Shown here one piece after another: positions 40,819 through 49,958 of a DNA stretch of 64,000 nucleotides. Source of the stretch: Armatimonadota bacterium (GTDB lineage: Bacteria > Armatimonadota > UBA5829 > DTLH01). A model generated the notes under the pieces. The model had not been told where the DNA came from and made no database searches. It saw only the letters and a list, made by a program, of their open reading frames with translations. The DNA is taken from the NCBI GenBank assembly GCA_038207085.1, contig JBBRAE010000001.1:1-64000 (forward strand). The letters are read 5' to 3'. The translations under genes were made by a program, and so were the position numbers. The first letter of the stretch is position 1, and every line of letters starts with the position of its first letter.

Positions 40819-43005
40819 ATGGAAGGACTCATGTGTAAGTTGAAGGAGCACGTTTCGCTATTGACTAAGTTTACTGGCATAAAGACAAAAGTTAAGGAAT
40901 CAACTGCGCGGAAGAGACGGTGTCTTTCATCATCTCTCAATTATCTTCCGCTTGTGCTGATGATTCCAATGATAATGTACGCCGTTCGCAGCCATCACGT
41001 GATCACGAGCAGGTTCGACCAGCAGGAGATATCTGAACGTCAAAGGGATATGAAGGTCTGCGTGTCGACCATCGAAAGCGAGCAGCGGCATCTGAGAGAA
41101 GCGTTGAACGATGCTCGTGCGTCTGACAGCATAAGAGACGTGGTGCGTTCGAGCAATCCCGCGGACGCCTCACATGTCCTCGCGAGCAGAATCTCTTCCA
41201 GTGGGTACCTGGTTACTGGCAGCACTGGCAGTGTTCTTGCAATCGCCCGGATGCCTGAAGCTGTGAGACGAACTCTTAGCGCCAGCCCTCAAGTTAAGTC
41301 CGCCATACGCGGAGGGAGCTCAAGCGGAGTCGTTGAGGCAGGCGGACGGGTGTATATGGTAGCCGCGGGTCCCATCATCGGCGCAAAGCAGCAGGGCGCG
41401 GTTGACGGCGCTCTTGTCGTCGTGCGTGCGATGGACTCGGCGGTGCTGACTGAGCTTGGCAAGGTCGCCGAATGCAAGTTTGCTCTGTTTGTTCGAAATC
41501 GGCTTGCAGGATACTCCCAGGGCCTGAAATATGACGCCGTTCCCGCTGCGGACACCGCACGCGTGAAGGACGCGATCACTTCAGAGTCGACTGTCCTCAG
41601 CATAAGCCCTAATGAAAAGCACATTTTTGCATCCCGTGCGCTTGTTGACTGGAACGGCCGCCCGGTCGCAGTTCTGACCACAAGCACTTCAAGAGCGACA
41701 GCGGTTTCAAACCGAAACACGGCAGCGCTTCAGCTTCTCATGCTGATCACAAGCTCACTGCTGCTTGCAGTTCTAGGTATGTTCCAGATGCGGGCCCGTA
41801 TGCTCGCCCGTCACGCGCATGTCGATGAGCTCACAGGGCTCTACAACCATCGCTACATGCAGGAGAGGCTCTCTCAGGAGATGGTGAGGTGTCATCGCTA
41901 TAACAGACTGCTTTCGGTCGCTCTCCTGGACATCGACCACTTCAAGGATATCAACGATGAATACGGCCACCTCGTAGGCGATGAGGCGCTGAAGCACCTC
42001 GCCGAGCAGCTCCAGGAGACGGTGCGTTCCGCTGATGTCGTCGCCCGTTACGGTGGCGAAGAGTTTCTGATTATCATGCCAGAAACTGAGCTTGAGCAGG
42101 CCAAGGCAGTCGCAGAACGCGTCCGTCAGCAGATCGAGGAGAGCAGTTTTGAGGCCAAGATACAAAAGGGCGTCAATACTCCGACAATCAAGACTATGGT
42201 CCGCTTTACCGTCAGCATTGGTGTTTCCACCTTCCCCGATCATGCGAAGAAGGGTGATGAACTCATAATGGCCGCCGATCTTGCGCTATTTGCCGCCAAG
42301 CGAATCTCGCGCAACGCCGTTATGACCTATGATGTGATTGCCGGAGAGAACGCAAGTCAGTGCGAGAACCCGCAAAGCATCCACCTGCGTATGCGGGAGG
42401 GCACGCTTTCGACGATAAGGGCGCTTGCCGCCGCAATCGACGCGCGGGACACTTGGATGAAAGGTCACTCTGAGAAAGTGACGCTCTGTGCGCTTGCGAT
42501 AGCCGAGACCATGGGTTTGCCTGCTGGTGAGATGAATAACCTGCGAACAGCGGGGCTTATGCACGACGTCGGCAGGGTCGTCATCCCCGACTCCATTTTG
42601 AACAAGCCAGGGAAGCTCACCGACAGCGAACGTGAACTGGTCGCACGGCACGCGATGCTTGGCGCCGAGATTCTTTCAGAAGCGCCGCAGCTGTCGCAGG
42701 TGGCGGACATCGTGCGCCATCACCACGAGCAGTTCGACGGTAGAGGATACCCCGACCGGATGACTGGGGAGGAGATTCCATTGCTGTCGCGCATTATCGC
42801 GGTTGCCGACGCCTACGATGCAATGACAAGCGACCGGGCTCATAGAACTGCGTCAAACTCGGCGCAAGTCATGAAGAAGATCTGGCAGTCGTCCGGAACC
42901 CAGTTTGATCCTGAGGTTGTGAAGTCGTTGGATGAACTCGTGGCTTCAGGCAGGCTTGCAGAGATACTCAGTTCGTATCGCAGTGAGCCGCGACTTGCTG
43001 CTTAA
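40819..43005 (+). CDS. Membrane sensor (TM, Cache-like region, TM) with GGDEF and HD-GYP domains
   Basis: DELTGLYN, DIDHFK, RSAD I-site, GGEEF; GHSEKV, MHDVG, HHEQFDGRGYP, VADAYDAM. Confidence 0.93.
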   Translation: MEGLMCKLKEHVSLLTKFTGIKTKVKESTARKRRCLSSSLNYLPLVLMIPMIMYAVRSHHVITSRFDQQEISERQRDMKVCVSTIESEQRHLREALNDARASDSIRDVVRSSNPADASHVLASRISSSGYLVTGSTGSVLAIARMPEAVRRTLSASPQVKSAIRGGSSSGVVEAGGRVYMVAAGPIIGAKQQGAVDGALVVVRAMDSAVLTELGKVAECKFALFVRNRLAGYSQGLKYDAVPAADTARVKDAITSESTVLSISPNEKHIFASRALVDWNGRPVAVLTTSTSRATAVSNRNTAALQLLMLITSSLLLAVLGMFQMRARMLARHAHVDELTGLYNHRYMQERLSQEMVRCHRYNRLLSVALLDIDHFKDINDEYGHLVGDEALKHLAEQLQETVRSADVVARYGGEEFLIIMPETELEQAKAVAERVRQQIEESSFEAKIQKGVNTPTIKTMVRFTVSIGVSTFPDHAKKGDELIMAADLALFAAKRISRNAVMTYDVIAGENASQCENPQSIHLRMREGTLSTIRALAAAIDARDTWMKGHSEKVTLCALAIAETMGLPAGEMNNLRTAGLMHDVGRVVIPDSILNKPGKLTDSERELVARHAMLGAEILSEAPQLSQVADIVRHHHEQFDGRGYPDRMTGEEIPLLSRIIAVADAYDAMTSDRAHRTASNSAQVMKKIWQSSGTQFDPEVVKSLDELVASGRLAEILSSYRSEPRLAA

Positions 43006-43771
43006 TGGCTGTTTTGGGATACTTGACGAGGGTGACGGTGGTGCCGCGGGAGAAGTCGAATAGGACTTCGTCGACCATGGTCTTCATAAAGGTGATCCCC
43101 CGGCCGTGCTCCAGTGGTTCGCCACCGGAATGCGCCTGTAGAACGCAGTCGGGATCGAAGCCGGGACCCTCGTCTGATATCTCGACTGTGAGCTTGTCGC
43201 TTGATGTGATACATCTGACAGCTACGGTCGCCGAGGGTAGGCAGCTGCCGTGACGGACAGCATTGGTAAGCGCCTCACCGACTGCAAGCTTCAAATCTGC
43301 AAGTTCTTCGTCGGAGAATAGTCCCAGTCCACCCATCTCGGCAACCCTGTTTCTAACTATTTTGCCGTAACGAAGCGATGCGCTCACCGTAAACGAGGCA
43401 ATAGCCCTGTCTTCTGTAACAGCGGCGCAGTCTGTGATGGGGTGGGCGTCCGATACAATGGGGGGAGAGAACTCTGCGGACTTGTGTATAATCTCCGTCT
43501 GACCAGCGACTTCGAAGACCTTTCTTACGAGAGGGTTTATCGAGACCACTTCAAGGCTGCAGTTTCGCATTATGAAGCGCTCACGCCAATCCAAAAGTGA
43601 GCGAAGGCCGGTGGTGTCCATGAAGCTAACGCCAGCGAGGTCGACGCGTGGACAGGTAGAACCTGCTCCAAGCACTTCCGAGAGAACATCACTCACGCGC
43701 TCACAGCCGGTCATATCCACCTCGCCCGCAAGACGAACGATGGGGTAATATAACTGATGGTTCACCGCCAC
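42968..43771 (-). CDS. STAS domain fused to an RsbW-type kinase domain
   Basis: LAGEVD...DLAGVSFMDTTGL, then LAVGEALTNAVRHG, DEGPGF, HGRGITFM; AGGAGG RBS. Confidence 0.88.
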   Translation of the reverse strand: MAVNHQLYYPIVRLAGEVDMTGCERVSDVLSEVLGAGSTCPRVDLAGVSFMDTTGLRSLLDWRERFIMRNCSLEVVSINPLVRKVFEVAGQTEIIHKSAEFSPPIVSDAHPITDCAAVTEDRAIASFTVSASLRYGKIVRNRVAEMGGLGLFSDEELADLKLAVGEALTNAVRHGSCLPSATVAVRCITSSDKLTVEISDEGPGFDPDCVLQAHSGGEPLEHGRGITFMKTMVDEVLFDFSRGTTVTLVKYPKTAIKQQVAAHCDTN

Positions 43772-43886
43772 TTACGCCTCCTGGCTTACTGCGGTTCTAG
43801 TTTGACCGCTAATGTTAGAGTGACGGTTCTGAATTGACAGCATTGTTGTGAATAGACTATCCAAACTCTTATACAACATCTGAGCT

Positions 43887-43915
43887 ATGGTAGCATCAGG
43901 CAGGTAGCTCGTCAA
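43887..43915 (-). promoter_or_regulatory. Sigma70-type promoter TTGACG-N17-TACCAT
   Basis: Direct match with TGn; overlapped by a GAGCTA...TAGCTC dyad (43882-43910). Confidence 0.65.
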
Positions 43916-44000
43916 GTGTAATTCGCCGTTTGACACCACAATATTTACACGAAGTTTGTTGGTCAGCGCACTTGTTCTCAGTAAATAGAGGCAGAGGTTG

Positions 44001-44029
44001 TTGACACGGTGGTCACTGATTGTTATACT
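44001..44029 (+). promoter_or_regulatory. Sigma70-type promoter TTGACA-N17-TATACT
   Basis: Near-consensus with TGn. Confidence 0.75.
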
Positions 44030-44131
44030 CGGTTTGTTTAGGGCATTATGCTGGATTTGCCCGGATGACGGCGTGTTTCTCGGGGGCGTATGGGAATCTC
44101 GCCGGTTCCTCAGATGAAAGGCGGCCTTTAC

Positions 44132-46405
44132 ATGAAGGGCATCGCGTGGTCCGGTGGTCAGCCGGCAGGCGGTTACGAAGCAGTTGTTGTGGCGTTTTCC
44201 AAGTTGTCGCACGCGGTTATTACGGACCAACCGCCTGGACGGGCTCTTGCTACCGCTGCCGAAACTGCCGCTATCCTGCTGCAGTGCGAATGTGGCGTAG
44301 TCTATCTCACGGGTTCGCACTCAGGTTCGGTGAACGTTGCTGTTTCCTACGGGATGAATATTGCGCCCGGCGAGTCGTATGTGCCCGGTGAGGAGATTGT
44401 GCTCCAGTGTGCCGCTTCGGGCTTGCCTGTGGTTGCTTCAAGCCTTGTCGGTGACGACCGCAAAGGCGTTGCGGCCTGGGTGAAGATGGGCATGGCGTCC
44501 GCTCTTTGTGCCCCGTTGATGGTCGGAAACCGCACCATCGGCGCTATAACCGTGCTTTCGGAGACCCTGCGTACGTTTTCTGCCGCTGACATTGATCTGC
44601 TCTCTGCTGTCGCCGATCAAGCCGCTCTTGCGGCATGGAAATGTGGCGGCGCGCCTTCTGATACCGCCCTCGAGTCCCCAAGTGAGCTTACAGACCTTGC
44701 CCAGCGAAAGATTCAGGAGCTATCGATTCTAAACAGCGTGAGCGAGGCGGTAAGTTCCACACTCAATCTCGAAAGGCTTCTTGAACTAGCGCTGGAGCAG
44801 TGCCTGTACGCGGTCGACGCCACTGTCGGCTCGATTATGCTCCTTGACGAAGGCACCGGCCGACTGGTCATCAAGGCCGCGAAGGGTTTGATGCCTGACG
44901 TTGTGGCGTCTGCCAGCGTCGAAGTAGGGGAGGGAATTTCCGGTTGGGTAGCTGAACAGGGCCAGCCGGTTCTGGTGCAGGACGCAAGGCGCGATCCAAG
45001 GTTCAGTATGAGGCGCTACCGGGACGATATCACTTCGGCGATGTCGGTGCCGCTGAAGGCCCGTGGACGAGTAATAGGTGTGCTGAACGCAAGCACTGTC
45101 GAGGCTGGAAAGCGCTACGGCCCCCGTGAGATGGAGTTCCTGACGACCGTCGCAAACCAGGCCGCAATGGCGATCGATAATGCGCGCCTCTACGACGGTC
45201 TTGAGCGCAGGTCCCGGGAACTGACGGGGCTTTTACAGATTTCGGAGGCGATCACCTCCACACTCGATGTTCGAGAGGTTGTAAGCCTGCTCTCGGGTCG
45301 ATTCCTCGCGATGGCAAACGTTGACGCCTCGGCGCTTCTGGCTTATGACTCGGACAACGCCCGGTTCAGGTGTCTGGACGGGCAGGGGCTCTCGGCTAAG
45401 AGCAAAAAGAGCGCCTATCTTGAGCTTGCCCTGCCGATTGCCAACAAGGTGCTGGAAACCGGAGCCCCGGTCATTATGGATGTCGAGGACTGCGGGCCAC
45501 GCGCGTGTGAAGTGGCGGGTGCGGCGGAGCTTACGAGTGGAGTGGGTGTGCCGCTTGTGGCTGGTGGCAAGACGGTCGGCGTGGTTGCACTCTTTTCTCT
45601 ACAGCCTCGTGCGTTCACCAAGCATGAACTAGGCACATTGGTGGCGCTTGGGAAGCTTGCAGGGGTAGCGTTGCACAATGCGATTGTTTATCAGCATAAG
45701 TATGAGATAGCACGATCGCTTCAGTTCCAGCTTGTTCCCAATGTTCCCCTGAAGGCGGACGGCTTGGAGATCGGTCACAAATATTCTCCCGCACGCGAAG
45801 TCGGCGGTGACTATTACGACCTCATCAAGGTGGTGCCCGGAAAAGTGGGCGTTGTGATTGCCGACGTTGCAGGAAACAGCGTCCCGGCGGCTATGTATAC
45901 CTCAATGGGCAAGAACGTTCTATTGGCCTACGCTGTCGATAACGAGTCACCCTCCGACGTTCTTAAGAAACTAAACCGTATAGCTTGCCAGCAGACCCAG
46001 ACCGAGGTCTTTATCAGCCTGTTTTACGGTGTCTTCGACTCTGCCACGCGCGTCTTTCGCTACGCCTGCGCCGGACACGAGCCTCCCATTCTCTGCAGAC
46101 CCGATGGTGGCTTCGAGAAGCTGCACGCCGACGGCCTTCTTGTGGGGATCAGCGAGGGAGTTGCCTTCGAGGAGAAAACCATCGCTCTTGACCCCGGTTC
46201 GGTGCTGGTGATGTTCACAGATGGGCTTGTTGACTCCCCTGCAGTGCGAGGAAAGTTTGGTGTTCGCGAGATAGTTGATATCGTTTCGCCGAATCTGCTA
46301 AAGCCACCCCAAGAACTCGCCGATAATATTTATGAGAAACTCATGGAGACAGCCGGTAGCAGGGTTCAGGATGACGTGGCTCTTGTGGTCCTGAAGGTCC
46401 TATAA
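44132..46405 (+). CDS. Triple-GAF PP2C(SpoIIE) phosphatase
   Basis: Three GAF-like repeats (LCAPL, MSVPL, VGVPL); GGDYYD, ADVAG, AGHEPP, FTDGL, DDVA; start 44090-44132. Confidence 0.9.
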   Translation: MKGIAWSGGQPAGGYEAVVVAFSKLSHAVITDQPPGRALATAAETAAILLQCECGVVYLTGSHSGSVNVAVSYGMNIAPGESYVPGEEIVLQCAASGLPVVASSLVGDDRKGVAAWVKMGMASALCAPLMVGNRTIGAITVLSETLRTFSAADIDLLSAVADQAALAAWKCGGAPSDTALESPSELTDLAQRKIQELSILNSVSEAVSSTLNLERLLELALEQCLYAVDATVGSIMLLDEGTGRLVIKAAKGLMPDVVASASVEVGEGISGWVAEQGQPVLVQDARRDPRFSMRRYRDDITSAMSVPLKARGRVIGVLNASTVEAGKRYGPREMEFLTTVANQAAMAIDNARLYDGLERRSRELTGLLQISEAITSTLDVREVVSLLSGRFLAMANVDASALLAYDSDNARFRCLDGQGLSAKSKKSAYLELALPIANKVLETGAPVIMDVEDCGPRACEVAGAAELTSGVGVPLVAGGKTVGVVALFSLQPRAFTKHELGTLVALGKLAGVALHNAIVYQHKYEIARSLQFQLVPNVPLKADGLEIGHKYSPAREVGGDYYDLIKVVPGKVGVVIADVAGNSVPAAMYTSMGKNVLLAYAVDNESPSDVLKKLNRIACQQTQTEVFISLFYGVFDSATRVFRYACAGHEPPILCRPDGGFEKLHADGLLVGISEGVAFEEKTIALDPGSVLVMFTDGLVDSPAVRGKFGVREIVDIVSPNLLKPPQELADNIYEKLMETAGSRVQDDVALVVLKVL

Positions 46406-46438
46406 AATATGTACTGCGCGGCTGGTGAACAGTAAGTT

Positions 46439-46879
46439 ATGCAGGATGCACATCAGATACGGCTGGAGATCCCTTGTTCCACGGAATACGTGGGTGTAGT
46501 GCGGCAGGCTGTCGTTGGGATCGCAAACCGAATGCGTTTCGCCCCCGGGGAGATCGACGATCTACGTCTTGCCGTGGGAGAGGCTTGCAACAACGCTGTG
46601 AAACACGGCTGTCCCTCGTGCGCAAACCCCTCCGTGACAGTGACCTGCAACGTCACCCCTGATACCATAGAGATAGAGATAAGCAACGGCCTCTCCGGAG
46701 AAGAACCATATCCTTGTGTAGGCGAGTGCATGCCAAACGACGCAAAAAGCGCCCGCGAAGGCGGTATGGGGCTTTACATCATGAGAAAGCTGATGGATGA
46801 TGTGGATATCATCTGGGACAACCACCTGGCAAAAATCAGGATGGTGAAACGCCTGAAGACCAACGCTGAAGTAATGTAA
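46439..46879 (+). CDS. RsbW-type anti-sigma kinase, Cys-rich
   Basis: DLRLAVGEACNNAVKHG, EGGMGLYIMRKLMDDV. Confidence 0.88.
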   Translation: MQDAHQIRLEIPCSTEYVGVVRQAVVGIANRMRFAPGEIDDLRLAVGEACNNAVKHGCPSCANPSVTVTCNVTPDTIEIEISNGLSGEEPYPCVGECMPNDAKSAREGGMGLYIMRKLMDDVDIIWDNHLAKIRMVKRLKTNAEVM

Positions 46880-46886
46880 TTTAAAT

Positions 46887-46910
46887 GGCCCAGCTGTAGA
46901 AAGCTGGGCC
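46887..46910. terminator. Hairpin between convergent genes
   Basis: GGCCCAGCT/AGCTGGGCC stem. Confidence 0.6.
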
Positions 46911-46928
46911 GTTGCTGTATGTCTTGGA

Positions 46929-47945
46929 TTATACGATGTCGACGCTCTTGCCAGTCTTTGTAGACTCGTAGATCGCGTCGAGTATCTGTGAGATGTGCAG
47001 CCCGTGCTCTCCAGTCGACATGCACTTGCTTTCGCCCTTGATGCAGGAGATGAAGTGTTTGATCTCCATCTCATGTCCGTTTGCCGGGGCAAAGGTGGGC
47101 TGAATGTCTACCGGTGCGCCGTGCATGTCCTTGTAAATCTTCAGTGGATCGAGGTCCGCGCCGCCCTTGGTGCCAACGAGGGTTGTATAGAACGCCTCCT
47201 TGGCAAAGTGCGCTTCCCAACTGGCTTCAAGAATAACAGTCGCCCCATTTTCGAGCTTGATGAACCCGGCTGCCAGGTCTTCGACGGTATATTCCATACC
47301 CTTCTGCTTGTAGATATCCGGGCCGAGCTTGGCGTAGGCCGTCCCCATGACGGAAACAGGCTTCGGGTTTCCCATAAGCCAGAGAGTGAGGTCCAGCACG
47401 TGGACGCCGATGTCGATCAACGGCCCGCCACCTGCAAGCTCCTTCTGAGTAAACCACCCCGAAAGCCAGTTCAAGCATTTTCGGCGAATCCATCCCGTCT
47501 TCGCGTAGTATATCTCGCCGAGCTCACCATTTTCAATGTAGCTCTTGAGAAGCTGACTGTCGCCGCGGAAGCGGTTGTTAAAGCCCATCATAAAGAGCTT
47601 GTCGGCCTTCTTGCCTGCTTCGACCATAGCCTTGCCTTCGACGGCGTTCATCGCGAGCGGCTTTTCACACATAACGTGCTTGCCTGACTCAAACGCGGCA
47701 ATGGTGATGGGCATGTGGAACTTGTTCGGGGTTGCGACGATGACGGCGTCGATACTGTCGTCTGCGAACATCTCCTGATAGTCCGTATACACGCCGGGGA
47801 TGCCGTTGTCGGCGGCGAGGGTGTTGGCTCTGTCCCTATCAATATCACAGATCGCAGCCACTTCAGCATCGGGGCATTTCGCAAAGTTTTTGACGTGAAG
47901 CGCACCAATACCTGAGCCGACAATACCGACTCTTACTTTATCCAT
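46929..47945 (-). CDS. Gfo/Idh/MocA NAD(P)-dependent oxidoreductase
   Basis: GIVGSG, CEKPLA, GGGPLIDIGVH. Confidence 0.93.
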   Translation of the reverse strand: MDKVRVGIVGSGIGALHVKNFAKCPDAEVAAICDIDRDRANTLAADNGIPGVYTDYQEMFADDSIDAVIVATPNKFHMPITIAAFESGKHVMCEKPLAMNAVEGKAMVEAGKKADKLFMMGFNNRFRGDSQLLKSYIENGELGEIYYAKTGWIRRKCLNWLSGWFTQKELAGGGPLIDIGVHVLDLTLWLMGNPKPVSVMGTAYAKLGPDIYKQKGMEYTVEDLAAGFIKLENGATVILEASWEAHFAKEAFYTTLVGTKGGADLDPLKIYKDMHGAPVDIQPTFAPANGHEMEIKHFISCIKGESKCMSTGEHGLHISQILDAIYESTKTGKSVDIV

Positions 47946-48036
47946 AAGACTAGTTTCTCCCAGTTAGCTATATGTTTAGATTCCAATATAGTCTACGACA
48001 GTGCCCGTAATTCTCCTTCCCAAATTGGAAAAGAGT

Positions 48037-49428
48037 TTACGGTGTGAGGATGCAGTAAGCCGTACGGTCGACCTGGTAGAAGCTGATGCTTGTTCCTGCT
48101 GAGACCATCAGTGGCTTGTTCAGCCAGTTGCTGATCGGTCGGGAGAAGATAATCTCTTTGTCGCGGATCTTCACCTGCCACCCCGGTGGCGATGGCTTGC
48201 CGGGACGAGCGATCACTGAAGTGGTGTTGACCTCGTCGCCGGTCATGGGATGGACTCTGATCTCGTAACCCGACTTGGCGGTAGGCTTGCCGGCAAGTTC
48301 CATCCTGAAGTAGATGCGATCAGCATCTCTCACAGCCTGCACGCTTACGATATCGGCAGACGGCTGAGTGTTGGTGACCATACCATCGGCTACCGCGTCC
48401 TGTATCACGGGGCTGAGGGCTTTCCAGTTCACGTGGGCTGAATTGGCGCGCGGTAGCTCAAGCTCGGGGCTGCGTGTGGCGAACAGTTCGTTCTGCCTGA
48501 CAAAGCTCGCAATGAATCGTCGCGAACTCCTGGGCTGTGACTTGAAGTACAGCGTTGCTTCGCGTTTTACGTCAATGGTCTTCTCATCAAGCGGGAGTTC
48601 ATACCACTTCGTGCCGACATCCGCAAGCGACGCCGGGGGCGCAAGATTCACATCGTCGTGCAGTCCCTGCGGCACCGGCCAGTCACCTTTGTGCACCAGG
48701 TACATACCGATCGTCTTGGTGTCCCACCATCCGAGATCATAGAGTGCCTTGGCGGTGAAGATACTGGTTCCCCAGTGGTCGGGATGCTGGTCGCTTGGAT
48801 ACGGAAGGTAGACCTGATCCGGGTTGATCAGCGTAAGCGCCCGCCGCAGGTCCGAGTTCAACTGGTGCGCGGTGTACGGCGCATTCTTGGTAAACGAGCC
48901 CGAATAGGGTGAATGAGTGTCTTTGGTGTATGCCGAACGGTATGGAGTCGTCCAGTGGGAGACCCACATTGGCTCAAGTCCCCGGTCAGGGTATCCAAGC
49001 TCGATAATGCGCCTTTCGGGCACACCAATTCGCCTTAGCGCGCTGACACTTTCCTCGTGGCGGCGGTAGCCGAGACTGACGAAGCTTGCGGAAGGTGTGC
49101 TAAAAGGCTTGAGTCCCCGCTTGGCTGCCGCGCGATAGCCGTCACCGTTGGTGACAAAGATCACCCAGACCTGCGCGCCTGCGGCGATGGATTTATGCAT
49201 CAAGCCACCGGCGCCGATGATTTCGTCGTCGCAGTGAGGGGCGACGATGACGATGCGTTCACCGCGCTTTGGCAACTTCCAGTCAGGGAGGCTGGCGCGA
49301 AGTTCGCGCAAGTTCGCGACCCGAAGGTCCCAGGCAGTGACGCCAATAGAGGCGAATGCGATCGCTGGCAAGATGATACCAAGGATCATCACGTTGCGCT
49401 TAGCAATACCAAGGCGGCGGATTTTCAT
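48037..49428 (-). CDS. Membrane-anchored PIG-L/LmbE family deacetylase with extra C-terminal domain
   Basis: APHCDDE, TNGDG, GYPD, DQHPDH. Confidence 0.88.
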   Translation of the reverse strand: MKIRRLGIAKRNVMILGIILPAIAFASIGVTAWDLRVANLRELRASLPDWKLPKRGERIVIVAPHCDDEIIGAGGLMHKSIAAGAQVWVIFVTNGDGYRAAAKRGLKPFSTPSASFVSLGYRRHEESVSALRRIGVPERRIIELGYPDRGLEPMWVSHWTTPYRSAYTKDTHSPYSGSFTKNAPYTAHQLNSDLRRALTLINPDQVYLPYPSDQHPDHWGTSIFTAKALYDLGWWDTKTIGMYLVHKGDWPVPQGLHDDVNLAPPASLADVGTKWYELPLDEKTIDVKREATLYFKSQPRSSRRFIASFVRQNELFATRSPELELPRANSAHVNWKALSPVIQDAVADGMVTNTQPSADIVSVQAVRDADRIYFRMELAGKPTAKSGYEIRVHPMTGDEVNTTSVIARPGKPSPPGWQVKIRDKEIIFSRPISNWLNKPLMVSAGTSISFYQVDRTAYCILTP

Positions 49429-49433
49429 ATTTG

Positions 49434-49958
49434 TTAGTACTTCACCAGGACTTCGGCCTTGTAGCCGTCGAGCCGGTCTCTGCCATTCAGAAACTCAAGC
49501 TCTACCAGAAAAACAAGTCCTGCAACGTGGCCACCGAGTTCTTCAACGAGCTGAATTGAGGCAGCGGCAGTGCCGCCGGTTGCAAGCAGATCGTCGATAA
49601 TCACCGCTCTTTGACCGGGTGCAATGGAGTCTTTGTGCATCTCGACGGTGTTGGTGCCGTATTCGAGAGTATACTCGGCTCGAATAGTATCAGAGGGAAG
49701 TTTGCCAAGCTTTCGCACCGGAACAAACCCAAGCCCTAGTTCCATGGCGATCGGAGCGCCCAACACAAAGCCACGTGATTCAACCCCGACGATCACGTCA
49801 GGATTCAGTGCGCGGGCCATTTCGGTCATCTCTGAGATGACTTCACGAAATGCGCCAGGATCTTTCAGCACGGGGGTGATGTCACGAAACAGTATACCGT
49901 CTGTAGGAAAGTCCGGAACGTCACGAATGAGATCTTTGATCGTTCTTTCTCCTATCAT
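49434..49958 (-). CDS. apt: Adenine phosphoribosyltransferase
   Basis: PDFP.DGILFRDIT, ESRGF, IDDLLATGGT. Confidence 0.97.
   Translation of the reverse strand: MIGERTIKDLIRDVPDFPTDGILFRDITPVLKDPGAFREVISEMTEMARALNPDVIVGVESRGFVLGAPIAMELGLGFVPVRKLGKLPSDTIRAEYTLEYGTNTVEMHKDSIAPGQRAVIIDDLLATGGTAAASIQLVEELGGHVAGLVFLVELEFLNGRDRLDGYKAEVLVKY

Noticed and set aside
43772..44391. ORFs 43772..44320 and 44020..44391
   Set aside because: They span the divergent promoter region and overlap the phosphatase gene, with no motifs.
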